A DNA stretch of 63,533 bases, counting the filler, from Collodictyon triciliatum (taxonomy: Eukaryota), in assembly GCA_043381765.1 (NCBI GenBank). It is 3 parts of 3 records of this genome, joined end to end, with 100 filler letters (N's around TTAATTAATTAA, not from the genome) between each part and the next. Parts side by side here need not be neighbours in the genome. Positions count along the whole stretch, not along the records: positions 20,994 to 42,816 come from JBHJMP010001173.1; 2 more parts are not named here. The stretch is one strand, 5' to 3'. Shown here piece by piece: positions 24,440 to 34,516 of this stretch. Made by a program: the position numbers and the translations under genes. Under the pieces are notes generated by a model, which made no database searches, was not told where the DNA came from, and worked only from the letters and a program-made list of their open reading frames with translations. Position 1 is the first letter of the stretch. The number at the start of each line of letters is the position of its first letter.

Positions 24440-25916
24440 NNNNNNNNNNNNNNNNNNNNNNNNNNNNNNNNNNNNNNNNNNNNNNNNNNNNNNNNNNNNN
24501 NNNNNNNNNNNNNNNNNNNNNNNNNNNNNNNNNNNNNNNNNNNNNNNNNNNNNNNNNNNNNNNNNNNNNNNNNNNNNNNNNNNNNNNNNNNNNNNNNNNN
24601 NNNNNNNNNNNNNNNNNNNNNNNNNNNNNNNNNNNNNNNNNNNNNNNNNNNNNNNNNNNNNNNNNNNNNNNNNNNNNNNNNNNNNNNNNNNNNNNNNNNN
24701 NNNNNNNNNNNNNNNNNNNNNNNNNNNNNNNNNNNNNNNNNNNNNNNNNNNNNNNNNNNNNNNNNNNNNNNNNNNNNNNNNNNNNNNNNNNNNNNNNNNN
24801 NNNNNNNNNNNNNNNNNNNNNNNNNNNNNNNNNNNNNNNNNNNNNNNNNNNNAAGAATACGAGGGTGACAAGGAATGCCTTCTGCTTTGTATTAGACTGG
24901 ACTAAAGGGAAGAGAAAGAGACAAAAAGAAAAGAAAGAAAAGATGGCCCCAAAAAACAGAGGCAAGAGAGAAATAATAAACGACGCGCAATTCTGAGGCA
25001 GGATCGAGAGGAAAAGGAAGGGAACGAACGAAGGCACGCATCAAACAAAGAAAAGGAATCCGTTTGTCTTTTCGCCATCTTGTTTGCGTTGGATAACGTG
25101 CGGCTTGTGACAAAACTTGACAGATGTTTCACGGCTGGAAAACTTGCGCAGGTGGAGCAAGCATACCCAATGGGATAATTTTCAACAAAAGAAATGTGCA
25201 GAAGAATATAATAATATTAATAAACATTTTTATATATTTTTCAAATTTAGATAATATATATTAATTAATATAAATAACATTTTTCATGTATATAAGTATT
25301 TTCCAGATATGGATTTCACTTCGTTCGCAGTCATTTGCTAATTGTGAAACCCATAAAAAAAGGGGTGATAAAAAAATCTGGTTGTGTCGCGCTCGGTTCG
25401 CAATTGGCTCCGGGCTGTACAGGTGTCATCACGATGGAGGCCGTCCTACACGCAGCGTGATAGCCACACGTATTTATCATGTAATTCTTAGCGTTATTGC
25501 TCTGCAGGGAATGTAGACAGGCGGAGAAAGTCAAAGGTTTCCAAGGTCACCATCTCGAAATTGTTCACGCCTATCAGACTTTTGGCGGTGTTCTCGCAAA
25601 ACACCCAAGGATGAAAAAAAAAAGGTGGCTAATCACTCGATTTTTTATTTGCTGGTAAGCGGCTTTTATTCAAACAGTACTGGCTATTTACAACCTTTTT
25701 TTTTTTTTAGTTTTTGTAAATTATGACAGACAGGGGTAATAAAGAATACTAGATTTTGGACGGAAGGAAGACTTGAGCGGCTAACAAGGGATGGGAGGAA
25801 ACAAGTTGACTATCCACAGGCGGTAATCACAGGGCATTTCCGACAAGGAAACGAAGAGGAGAACAGAAAAAGAGTACGACAATTAGGCCAGGCGAAGGAC
25901 GTTTCAGAGCCGCCGG

Positions 25917-26687
25917 TTAGGTCAATGTGGGGCGGGGAATCTGGTGGGTCGCCATCAAGGTCTGCAGAGTCTCGTGGGCCTCGCGGAGATCGACGGCGTT
26001 TGGCGTGAGGTTGAAGTCGAAGAAGGAGAAGAGTGCGGCTTCGAGGGTGTTCATCTGCGCGACTGGGATGCCCATGAGGAAGCCGAAGGAGTAGCTGTTG
26101 AAGGGGTTGTCCTGGTGGAACTTGCATGCCAAGGCCACGCATGTCATGTACACCCTGCGGATGACGGCAAAGGAGAAGCTGGAGCCGGCCGGCATGGCCT
26201 TGATGAAGCGCAGCAGATAGGAGAAGGCGAGCACAAGCTCTGTGTCTTCACACACGCGGTAGTGCGCCACGCCGGCGAGATACTTGCTCACAGACTGCAC
26301 AGGCGCCGCAGACAGCAGCACGCGGATTCGAGCCTCTGTCTCGGCCGACGAGACGTGCGTGACCGCACTGCTAAGCGAGTAGAGAGCCCGCTCCACAATC
26401 TGCGTCACACCCGGGTTCGACAGGTACTCTTGCATTTCGGGGAATGGCTCGGCGGTCGCGAGAGTGTCCATCTCCGAATCCACGCCCAGGAAGACATCGG
26501 CCTCAGTGCCAATCTCAATGTCGATGTCAATGTCAATGTCAGCGAGGGCGGCGGTCTCTGGCTCGGATGATTGTGACGTGTTGAGAGCGGCCGGTGCGGA
26601 GGTCTTTGCTGTGCGGCGCTTTGGCAGGATTACGTCGCATGCTTTGCTCAGGATGTTGGAGAGGGTGATGGCGTCTGTGTTGACCAT
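25917..26687 (-). CDS. PHO80-like (P/U-type) cyclin, single exon
   Basis: 256-aa ORF with PVQSVSKYLAGVAHY..CEDTELVLAFSYLLRF..RRVYMTCVALACKFHQDNPFNSYSFGFLMGIPVAQMNTLEAALFSFFDFNL, the PHO80/CYCU cyclin box; strong GC3 codon bias. Confidence 0.88.
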   Translation of the reverse strand: MVNTDAITLSNILSKACDVILPKRRTAKTSAPAALNTSQSSEPETAALADIDIDIDIEIGTEADVFLGVDSEMDTLATAEPFPEMQEYLSNPGVTQIVERALYSLSSAVTHVSSAETEARIRVLLSAAPVQSVSKYLAGVAHYRVCEDTELVLAFSYLLRFIKAMPAGSSFSFAVIRRVYMTCVALACKFHQDNPFNSYSFGFLMGIPVAQMNTLEAALFSFFDFNLTPNAVDLREAHETLQTLMATHQIPRPTLT

Positions 26688-26821
26688 TTCTTGCTTGGTG
26701 GTTGCTTGCTTGCTTGCTTGCTTGGAAGTTGCTTGCTTGGTTGCAGTTGTTTGATGATGCTTTCTGATTGCTTATGCAAACGGCTGAGAAGCTGCACATT
26801 TCGCCATTGCCTCGCATTGTG

Positions 26822-26832
26822 TTTATATATAT
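26822..26832 (-). promoter_or_regulatory. TATA-like box upstream of the cyclin
   Basis: TATATATAAA on the minus strand about 135-145 bp upstream of the ATG, in otherwise mixed-composition sequence. Confidence 0.45.
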
Positions 26833-28553
26833 GTGCCTGCGGTCAGTTGGTCTCCGGATTCATTCTGCGAAATATGACTGTGCGCGGTGGAAAAGGACTT
26901 GTTAGGTTGTGCCAAAAGCGGATGGTGAGCTGTCTGACTTCCCGGAAATCGAAGGAGATAGTGGTTTTTGCTCCGTTCTAGTTTTTTCTCGGTGGTTCCA
27001 AGCTCCGAAAGCTTGCCTCTTGCTTCGTGTAAATTTTCTCGGAAGCCTTCGGCGCGAAATCGAACATTCTTCGTGTCCTTTCTCTTTGGATTGATCGATG
27101 CGTGTGGCGGTTTGTGGATGGTTCTACAACTTTCGGTGCATATCCGACTGGTGCGGTACTTCCAATACAGGAACGACTGTTTCCCGCTTTGGAATCTGTG
27201 GCCTCTGAAATCGGCCACACAGCGTGTGATGAGCTGGCAATCGCGACGGGCAATGGTACGGTACGTTTTTGTTTTATTATTTTCCTGTATCGGCGTGACG
27301 AGCTGCAGGAGCCCAGGCTTGAACACGAGGGAAGAGGCTGCCGCATTGTCCGCTCGACTGCGATTTCGAGCTATGGTTAGTTCGGGTCAAGAGAGGGGAA
27401 GGTTTTTTGGGAAGGAGGTTGGTTGGATTGTAGGATTCCTGCTCAGTGGGCAGCGGTGATTGGGAAACACGTCCGGTTTTTTGGTGACCATTTGTGCCCA
27501 AGACACCGTACCCGTGGATTGGACTCCTTGCAGAGGCCGGCAGCAGAGGCAACTTGGGAAGAGGCGGTGCGTATGCAGCGAGGCGCCAGGAGCAAAAAGC
27601 GGCACAGAAACACAGGCAGCAAACGAACGGAAGAGAAGGCAAACACTAAGTAGATGAGGTGCAGGAGCACTCGCAAATGCCCAGTGGCTGGCTCTTGGTT
27701 TTCCTCCTAGTCTGCAGTCGTGATCCAAAGCTCCTTTTCCACCTGAGTCCTTGCTGCAGCGGCACCCACTTCCAGCGGTTGCTTGTGCTGCAGACCCTAC
27801 ATTATTCTCCTCGCTTGCGAAGCAACACCATCATTGTTCAGCTCCCTATTTCCATAGGGAGAAGGGCGCATTCTCTAGCAGGAGCGGCAAACGAACAGAG
27901 TCGCAGCCTTTCGCGACTAGAGCGCCGTCTGGGTTGGATTAGAAACGAGGCTTGGCCATTAGGGCCGAAGTGTGTATTGCGGGCTGCCAGGAGATCAATG
28001 GTTATGAGTTACACTATGGCTAGTGGGGCGGACTCACACTCAAGTCAATGGTTCGTCTCCCTCGTCCGGCTTGTTCTGGTCTCGTCTGGTCTGGTTTGGC
28101 TTGGTGTGTCGAGCGGTTGTGGTGTGGGCTGATTCATTAATTCTGATTCATGAGAAGGAAATCGCGTCAGGCACAAATATATACAAGCCCAGAAATCACG
28201 CTTTGGGTGAACACAACTGAATTAACCACAAACATCAGGTGAATCTGGATTCAAATAATCTATTATATACTACATGCATATATACATATATATTATAAAA
28301 ATATATATTATCTATTATTAATCCAAGACTAATTGAAATTTAACAAAAATATTATAATTTCCATAAATGTCGGCGGTTTCCTCGGCTTTGTTTTCTCTCA
28401 ATAAACTGTTGAAAAGAAACCAAAAAAATAATTTCCATAAATGTATATTACAATCCTTATGTTTACCCAGAACCAGAAACCAAGCGAACAAGAAAGAAAG
28501 TAAAATATTCTGTGCGATGTCACTATATAATTAAATAGAGATGTATAGTCAGT

Positions 28554-31500
28554 TTAATCAGCCTCTTCTACGTCATCGCCGCCAACTGTATCCTGTTCGA
28601 AATCTGATATACCAAACCACTCTTCCTTTTCGTTTTTAAATTCATCTTCTAATTCTACACTCCCCACAGATGCATTCGGACAGCCTACAGACGATATTGC
28701 AGTGATACGACTCTCTGGGTCCGTGAGTATCTCATCTCCCTCACCTTCATAGTCCTGGGTAAGACTAGGGCTCCCCATAAACTCTTCTTTCTGCAGGTAG
28801 GATTGCTCCCTAGATTCTACAGACAAGCTCACAGGTTCATAAACAAAATCTGTAGTCCCAGTATCTGCAGTTGCAATATTTGCTTCTTCACCGCTTAAAT
28901 GCAGCTGGGATGGAAATTTAGATGTTGGGTTTGAAGTTGGCGTGGAGCGTTCTTTTCTAGACTCAGCGAATCCCGAAGGACTCAAACTATCGTGCAGTAG
29001 AACGTATGGGCTTGTTTGAGAATCTTTCGGTTTCTTCTGATTGGTATAATGGCTTAAATCATCCGCTACCGGGGTCGACTTTGGGCGGTCTTCACCGCTG
29101 GACTCTGGGGGGCGTTTCCGATTCACGGTTACATGGTTAGCTGTCACCTGATTATTGGCTGGGAGTGCCATATCACCATGTTTTCCTGTTGGATGTCTTA
29201 CAGTTTGCGGGATATTCACATGTCCATTAGGAAATGGCTCCAGATTTAATTTTCCTATTTCATGAGTCTTTTTTTCGGCTTTTAGATTTCGGTTGACGTT
29301 TTCCGTCCCACTCCGGTCATTATGCTCATTTCCAACTTTTTGATGGATGAGAGCAAAATCTGTGACGCCTGGAGGAGGCAATTTCGAGACACTCTCTTTT
29401 TTCAGGCCTATTTGGCTCCGTAAATCTTCTTTGGGCCTTGGACTGTCATCAATCTCTTGTGTAGAATCTTGTTTTGCTCCGACATATTGCAGAGTTTCAC
29501 TGTATGTCTGAGTTGACAGAGACTGCTGACCTACTTTACTCGTTTGATAGTGATGAGTTATCAGCTTCATAAGATAATCTGCTTCGTGTTTGTATCCCAT
29601 ATTCTTTATTCTTCGCACTTCAGCCAAAGCCATCGCAAAATCATGGGATGATACAATTAGAATATATTCTGCACATTTGTCAAAATTCCTTGGAACCCCC
29701 CAGGCATTCGAAAAACACCTTACAAGTGTCAGATGAGCCTGTAATATACATCGGTTAATCTCATTACGGCCACTTTTTCCATGGGAAGAGTTTGAAAAAG
29801 ATATTGCTGTGGAAGTGTCCAAATCATTTTCTTTTGGAGCAGACTCATGTGCTATTTCGACGAGAATATGTGTAGCAGTAGTATTGAGAATCTTGGCTTC
29901 GTTCTCCAGTGAATAAATAACATCAATATTCCCATATCTTTCAAACCACTCACATTCAAGCAAATAGGCTTTTGATTGGGGCCCACTTGGGCATTTGTGC
30001 GTAACAAACCAGCGAATCATCTGACAGACAGTCCTGTACGGTATTTTGGGTATCAAATCTCTTTGAAAGTGAGCCAATTGTCTCAGTGAATGAAATGCAT
30101 GAGATTGCCCTTGACGAATAAGTTGTGCCATCTTCAGAAGCCCAGGTTCATACAGCAAACAAATGGAGTTTGCATATAACCTTGTGGCTTCTTGGAGATT
30201 CTTTTCGACAGGGTATCCCAACTCATAACCCTCACCGATGGTAAACATTAAAAAACCTCTCAAATTCTTTGACCTCATGGAATCATAAGCTGCACCTTCG
30301 AAATGTTGTATCATTTCCAATCCATTCTTGTTGTTTTCATCAAAAATACACTCTGATATTTCACGAAAAACATAGTCCTTTCCAATATCGATGTATAGTT
30401 TTACAGCTTGGAGGAGATTCTTTTCGACACCCAAGCCCATTCGAAAACATCGAGCCAAAACATTGCTAATGGGACTACAGTCACCACCTTCCGACTGGTA
30501 AAGCCTCCAAACACTCATTAAAGCCATAAATGAATCATCAGAGGCTATATTCGAAATGTTCACAAGGCTTTTCATGGCTATGATATCATCCTCAACGGCA
30601 GCCTTCAAATAAAATTCAATTGCTTTCCTTAGATTGGCAAATATACCAATACCCTTTAGATAACAAGAGGCCAAAAACCTCCTTATCTCGTTGCGTGTAT
30701 TTTTGCGTAAAAGTGCATTTTCTGTAAGTTTTTCTAATTTTCTGAAAACAATTTCCTTTGCATCACTTTTTTGTACCATGTCATACAACCGTTGTAAGGA
30801 TGCTTCACAGCCTTGTAATATAGACACATCATAATAATTTAAAGCCTTTGATATATCTTTGTTACCAAACAAGCCAAGTTCATAATTCTGGCCCAACAAA
30901 TATGCACTTTCTCCAAGGTCGATGGCTTCATCTTCAAATATGTCAAATATAGTTTCTATCACTTCATAAGTATCTTGCCGACTTGATGTAAGATTGGATT
31001 TAAGGTTATCATAACTTTCGAAATGACAAGGAAAGCAACGAATTCTCCAGTGACAGGCAAGAGGTATATCCTTCTCGCATGACCATCCATGCGTCAAGCA
31101 GTCTGCCAAATACCATTGTGCATATTGCAGCGCCTCAGACCTAGCTAGCCTCAAATACTTATTTGATTTTATCCTACTTCGTTCTTCAGGACTTTTACTA
31201 GAGCCATTTTCAAACGGAGAATATTCACCATTATCATAGAAATCCCCTCCCAGATCCAACATATCGGTCTTTATCAATTGCAAAACATAATTCTGCAACA
31301 TATTATATGCACTTGAACACCCCCTCTGGCTAAGCGATAGAATTCTCTCCATCGAATCAATAGAGAACGACAAGATGCCTCTCTCGTAATAGCGTAAGGC
31401 AGAGAATACATCAATCGGAGTGCTCCACCCTTCTTCATAACAGCGACCAATTATGTAGAAGATATCCGAGAGAAAAGGGAAATCCGTGTAGAATCGAGTT

Positions 31501-34286
31501 CCTTGCATAATTAGGTCTGCATTTGAATCAAAACCGATTTCGTGTGGGACGCGTTGGGACTTTGGTGGATAAATTGATATATCGATCAGCATGGAAAGAA
31601 GAGTAGGTATATAACACTGCAATATGTCCAATATTAAGTTAGATTTTACACTATGATATTCATGTGTAAAAATGTAAATGATTGTCTCTCTAGTCAAAAT
31701 TTCTTTTACAAGATAAGTGTGCCCTTGGAGAGAGAGGTGATGAATGTAAGTTAGGATGTCAGTGTAAACATGCGGGGTCGACTCAAAATCGTTTATCGAT
31801 AAAATCCCACTCATCATGGACATAATTTTCGCATTCAAGGACAAGCTCAATTTCTCGGAATAGGGGCAGCTCGTCACTATATCCAGGCATTTTGATGTGA
31901 TATACAATATCTCAGAGTCATCCAGCGATATTTCAGTGCTGTTTGATACAAGTTTGCTCATAGCATAAGCTTGAAGCTTTGTTGGGGTATGTGTTGCCCC
32001 TTCAATTTCTTTGAAAAACAAATAAAAGGAATATTCACATGATATTCCTCCATTTTGGTAAATAATTCGTTTCTGATTATCGGACAGACCATTTGAGCGA
32101 GATATTTGAACCCCGCTCATTAGCAAAGATAACCGTGGATACTTTATTTGGAATTGAGAATTGCTTGGTACATTCAAGGGATCGATTATGCGATTCCTGA
32201 TAACAGTTGACGAAAACGATGCAAGGGATGTTCCATTTCCAACTTTAAAGATTATACATGTTGAACCCCATGGCACAGTACATAAAGCCGAAGCTAATGT
32301 TATAAGGGAATAATCTGATAGCGTTCGAAACTCGATCATACCATTTTCCATGCGAATGGCTATGCATTCAGTTTTTGAGGATAATAAACATATGGACATA
32401 GATAAAATAGGAGATGGCCTAGGTGTTAAAATACGACGCATGGGCGAGTGCTCGTCTTGATACATATATATTGTAGAATCTATAGACATTAAAAAGCTGT
32501 TCACTTTCGAAGAGATGGGATGCTCCAACATGCAACTATAAAAAAAAGATTCTGTTGGTAAATCGCGCTTGTGAAATAGAGTAAATATTGCACCATTTAA
32601 ATTTGCATTCTCGAAAGTGCAGCCTCGTATGTCTGCTCCTAGAAACTTGGCTCCCTTCAGATTTGCAAAAGAAAAATTTGTATACTGAAATTTTGCGTGT
32701 GATAGATCCGCCCCAGCTAGATTCATGTGACTAAAATCCTTAAAAGACATGTCTACTCCAGCCTGGGACAGCACAGTTATAGCATGAGGTGCAACTCTGC
32801 GGTTTATTCTAGATAGTCCATACGTTTCTATCAGATCGAGGAGAATGATTTGATTGAGTTCTGATTTTCTTGCCCAATCAATCAGAGCTAGTCGAGTATC
32901 ACAAGGAAAAGTCGGTTTGGAAAGAACTGTGAAAACTCTTGTTCTGGTGTAGACTTCCTTCATAGAGGTTAGTTTTTGAGATTTTTCTTTACTCAGCACA
33001 TGATAAGTGATTATCTGGTAGGGAGTCATTGAGTTTGAATTTTTGGGGGCAGAAAGCAAGAGTGCAACAGATGCTTTATGCATAGTATGACTGTGGAGTG
33101 CTTTTTGCTTCTGTAAAAACTTTGATTTAGTTGAGCTGTTCATGTCACTGATGACGCACTCAATCTCTGTGAATAAAGATTCCGTTACCCTCCTCATCAA
33201 ATCATGGACTTTACTGAGCTGTTCAACAACGAGAATCTTAGCGTAGGAATAAACATGAATTTTAAAGGGCAAATCATCGCAAATGTGGACCAATAGACGG
33301 AAAGCGTAAACGATTAATTGAGCGTCACAGGTTTGATTCAACAGGACGCAGGGGTTTGCGGGAAAACAACAGCTCAATAGATCACTAAAGCTAGAGTCAA
33401 AATCCAAACCATCTAGAGTTAGGTTTCCGAATTCCTTGGATATTTTTCGAAGTAAAAAGAAGACGAATGGACAGGTAAAGCAAGACTCGTTCTCAGGACT
33501 TTGTCGAATAGTGCTTGCGTACACAATAAAGTCTCGTATCATATGAGCTCGCAAGTACTGGCATGCAACAGCGTAGGAGTCGTACCAGGGCTCAAAGCGT
33601 GTGTTTTGTGTGGTTATCAAGTGGATAGAGTTTGGAATGTACGAGCTCGGCTGTAATAGTCGCAACACGGCTTGTCGGGCAAAAGTAGTTGCCTCACGAA
33701 GGGGAATGTTTTGTGTATTCTTTTCGATAAAGCCAGAAACCTGAAAGAAGGATGCCCACGTTTTGGCCTTTTTCTCTTGGCACAAGCAATCACTATCACA
33801 ATTCTGATGCATACACGAGGCTGCCACATCGATGGATGCTATGCCTGTGGCATGAATGTTATGAAGTACCTCTGCGATGACAGCCCATTCTCCGGCCTCC
33901 ACCCGCATCTTCCTTTTGATGCGAACTTGAACAAAGTCCATCGCAGTCCATACAAGCAAGCCCAGCATCCGAGCCACAGGGGAGCGCTCCTTGGAAAGTG
34001 GGATGCGGTCCACAATCCAATCGATGGTTTCAAGCAGCTGGCTGATGCGTTCCGACTGCGTTTGATCGATGGCCAGCCGCAAAGCAGAGGCGGCAAGACT
34101 TAATACATGGACGCATTCTGTCGAGTTTGTGTGATCCCACAAGCGCACAAGGCGGCGAAGAGAAGGGACGTCGGGCAGGCTTTTGGTTTCCTTGAGCAGG
34201 AGCGAGGCCCGCTCTTGCTCGAAGCATAGACGCTGCAGTGTCTTTGATAGTTGATCGTCTTTGTCTGGAGAGGCTTCAGTGCCCAT
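28554..34286 (-). CDS. Large intronless protein (~1910 aa): pentapeptide repeats, degenerate WD40-like segment, multiple Sel1-like repeats, disordered acidic tail
   Basis: Uninterrupted 5.7-kb ORF; first ATG at 34286 (MGTEASP), with a TATAAAA box at ~34379-34385. Pentapeptides ADLSH-AKFQY-TNFSF-ANLKG-AKFLG-ADIRG-CTFEN-ANLNG. Sel1 repeats, e.g. YIIGRCYEEGWSTPIDVFSALRYYERG, AYLLGQNYELGLFGNKDISKALNYY, FLASCYLKGIGIFANLRKAIEFYLKAA, LARCFRMGLGVEKNLLQAVKLY. Confidence 0.9.
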   Translation of the reverse strand: MGTEASPDKDDQLSKTLQRLCFEQERASLLLKETKSLPDVPSLRRLVRLWDHTNSTECVHVLSLAASALRLAIDQTQSERISQLLETIDWIVDRIPLSKERSPVARMLGLLVWTAMDFVQVRIKRKMRVEAGEWAVIAEVLHNIHATGIASIDVAASCMHQNCDSDCLCQEKKAKTWASFFQVSGFIEKNTQNIPLREATTFARQAVLRLLQPSSYIPNSIHLITTQNTRFEPWYDSYAVACQYLRAHMIRDFIVYASTIRQSPENESCFTCPFVFFLLRKISKEFGNLTLDGLDFDSSFSDLLSCCFPANPCVLLNQTCDAQLIVYAFRLLVHICDDLPFKIHVYSYAKILVVEQLSKVHDLMRRVTESLFTEIECVISDMNSSTKSKFLQKQKALHSHTMHKASVALLLSAPKNSNSMTPYQIITYHVLSKEKSQKLTSMKEVYTRTRVFTVLSKPTFPCDTRLALIDWARKSELNQIILLDLIETYGLSRINRRVAPHAITVLSQAGVDMSFKDFSHMNLAGADLSHAKFQYTNFSFANLKGAKFLGADIRGCTFENANLNGAIFTLFHKRDLPTESFFYSCMLEHPISSKVNSFLMSIDSTIYMYQDEHSPMRRILTPRPSPILSMSICLLSSKTECIAIRMENGMIEFRTLSDYSLITLASALCTVPWGSTCIIFKVGNGTSLASFSSTVIRNRIIDPLNVPSNSQFQIKYPRLSLLMSGVQISRSNGLSDNQKRIIYQNGGISCEYSFYLFFKEIEGATHTPTKLQAYAMSKLVSNSTEISLDDSEILYITSKCLDIVTSCPYSEKLSLSLNAKIMSMMSGILSINDFESTPHVYTDILTYIHHLSLQGHTYLVKEILTRETIIYIFTHEYHSVKSNLILDILQCYIPTLLSMLIDISIYPPKSQRVPHEIGFDSNADLIMQGTRFYTDFPFLSDIFYIIGRCYEEGWSTPIDVFSALRYYERGILSFSIDSMERILSLSQRGCSSAYNMLQNYVLQLIKTDMLDLGGDFYDNGEYSPFENGSSKSPEERSRIKSNKYLRLARSEALQYAQWYLADCLTHGWSCEKDIPLACHWRIRCFPCHFESYDNLKSNLTSSRQDTYEVIETIFDIFEDEAIDLGESAYLLGQNYELGLFGNKDISKALNYYDVSILQGCEASLQRLYDMVQKSDAKEIVFRKLEKLTENALLRKNTRNEIRRFLASCYLKGIGIFANLRKAIEFYLKAAVEDDIIAMKSLVNISNIASDDSFMALMSVWRLYQSEGGDCSPISNVLARCFRMGLGVEKNLLQAVKLYIDIGKDYVFREISECIFDENNKNGLEMIQHFEGAAYDSMRSKNLRGFLMFTIGEGYELGYPVEKNLQEATRLYANSICLLYEPGLLKMAQLIRQGQSHAFHSLRQLAHFQRDLIPKIPYRTVCQMIRWFVTHKCPSGPQSKAYLLECEWFERYGNIDVIYSLENEAKILNTTATHILVEIAHESAPKENDLDTSTAISFSNSSHGKSGRNEINRCILQAHLTLVRCFSNAWGVPRNFDKCAEYILIVSSHDFAMALAEVRRIKNMGYKHEADYLMKLITHHYQTSKVGQQSLSTQTYSETLQYVGAKQDSTQEIDDSPRPKEDLRSQIGLKKESVSKLPPPGVTDFALIHQKVGNEHNDRSGTENVNRNLKAEKKTHEIGKLNLEPFPNGHVNIPQTVRHPTGKHGDMALPANNQVTANHVTVNRKRPPESSGEDRPKSTPVADDLSHYTNQKKPKDSQTSPYVLLHDSLSPSGFAESRKERSTPTSNPTSKFPSQLHLSGEEANIATADTGTTDFVYEPVSLSVESREQSYLQKEEFMGSPSLTQDYEGEGDEILTDPESRITAISSVGCPNASVGSVELEDEFKNEKEEWFGISDFEQDTVGGDDVEEAD

Positions 34287-34516
34287 CCGTGTGTTTGCTA
34301 AAGAGAGTGAAAGAGAAAGAGAGTGCGCTTCTATGAGCGTGTATTGTATTGTGAGCGTCTGACTCGGGAAGAATGGGGTTTTATAAGCATGAGGACAATT
34401 GCGCCCGGCCGGGTGGCGGACGATCACAGAGAAATAGTCTCAGATGCACAGTGATTGACTCAGCGCAAGATTCCATGATGGCCCTTCATCTCAGCAACGA
34501 CGGCGCTGGCTCGTTC

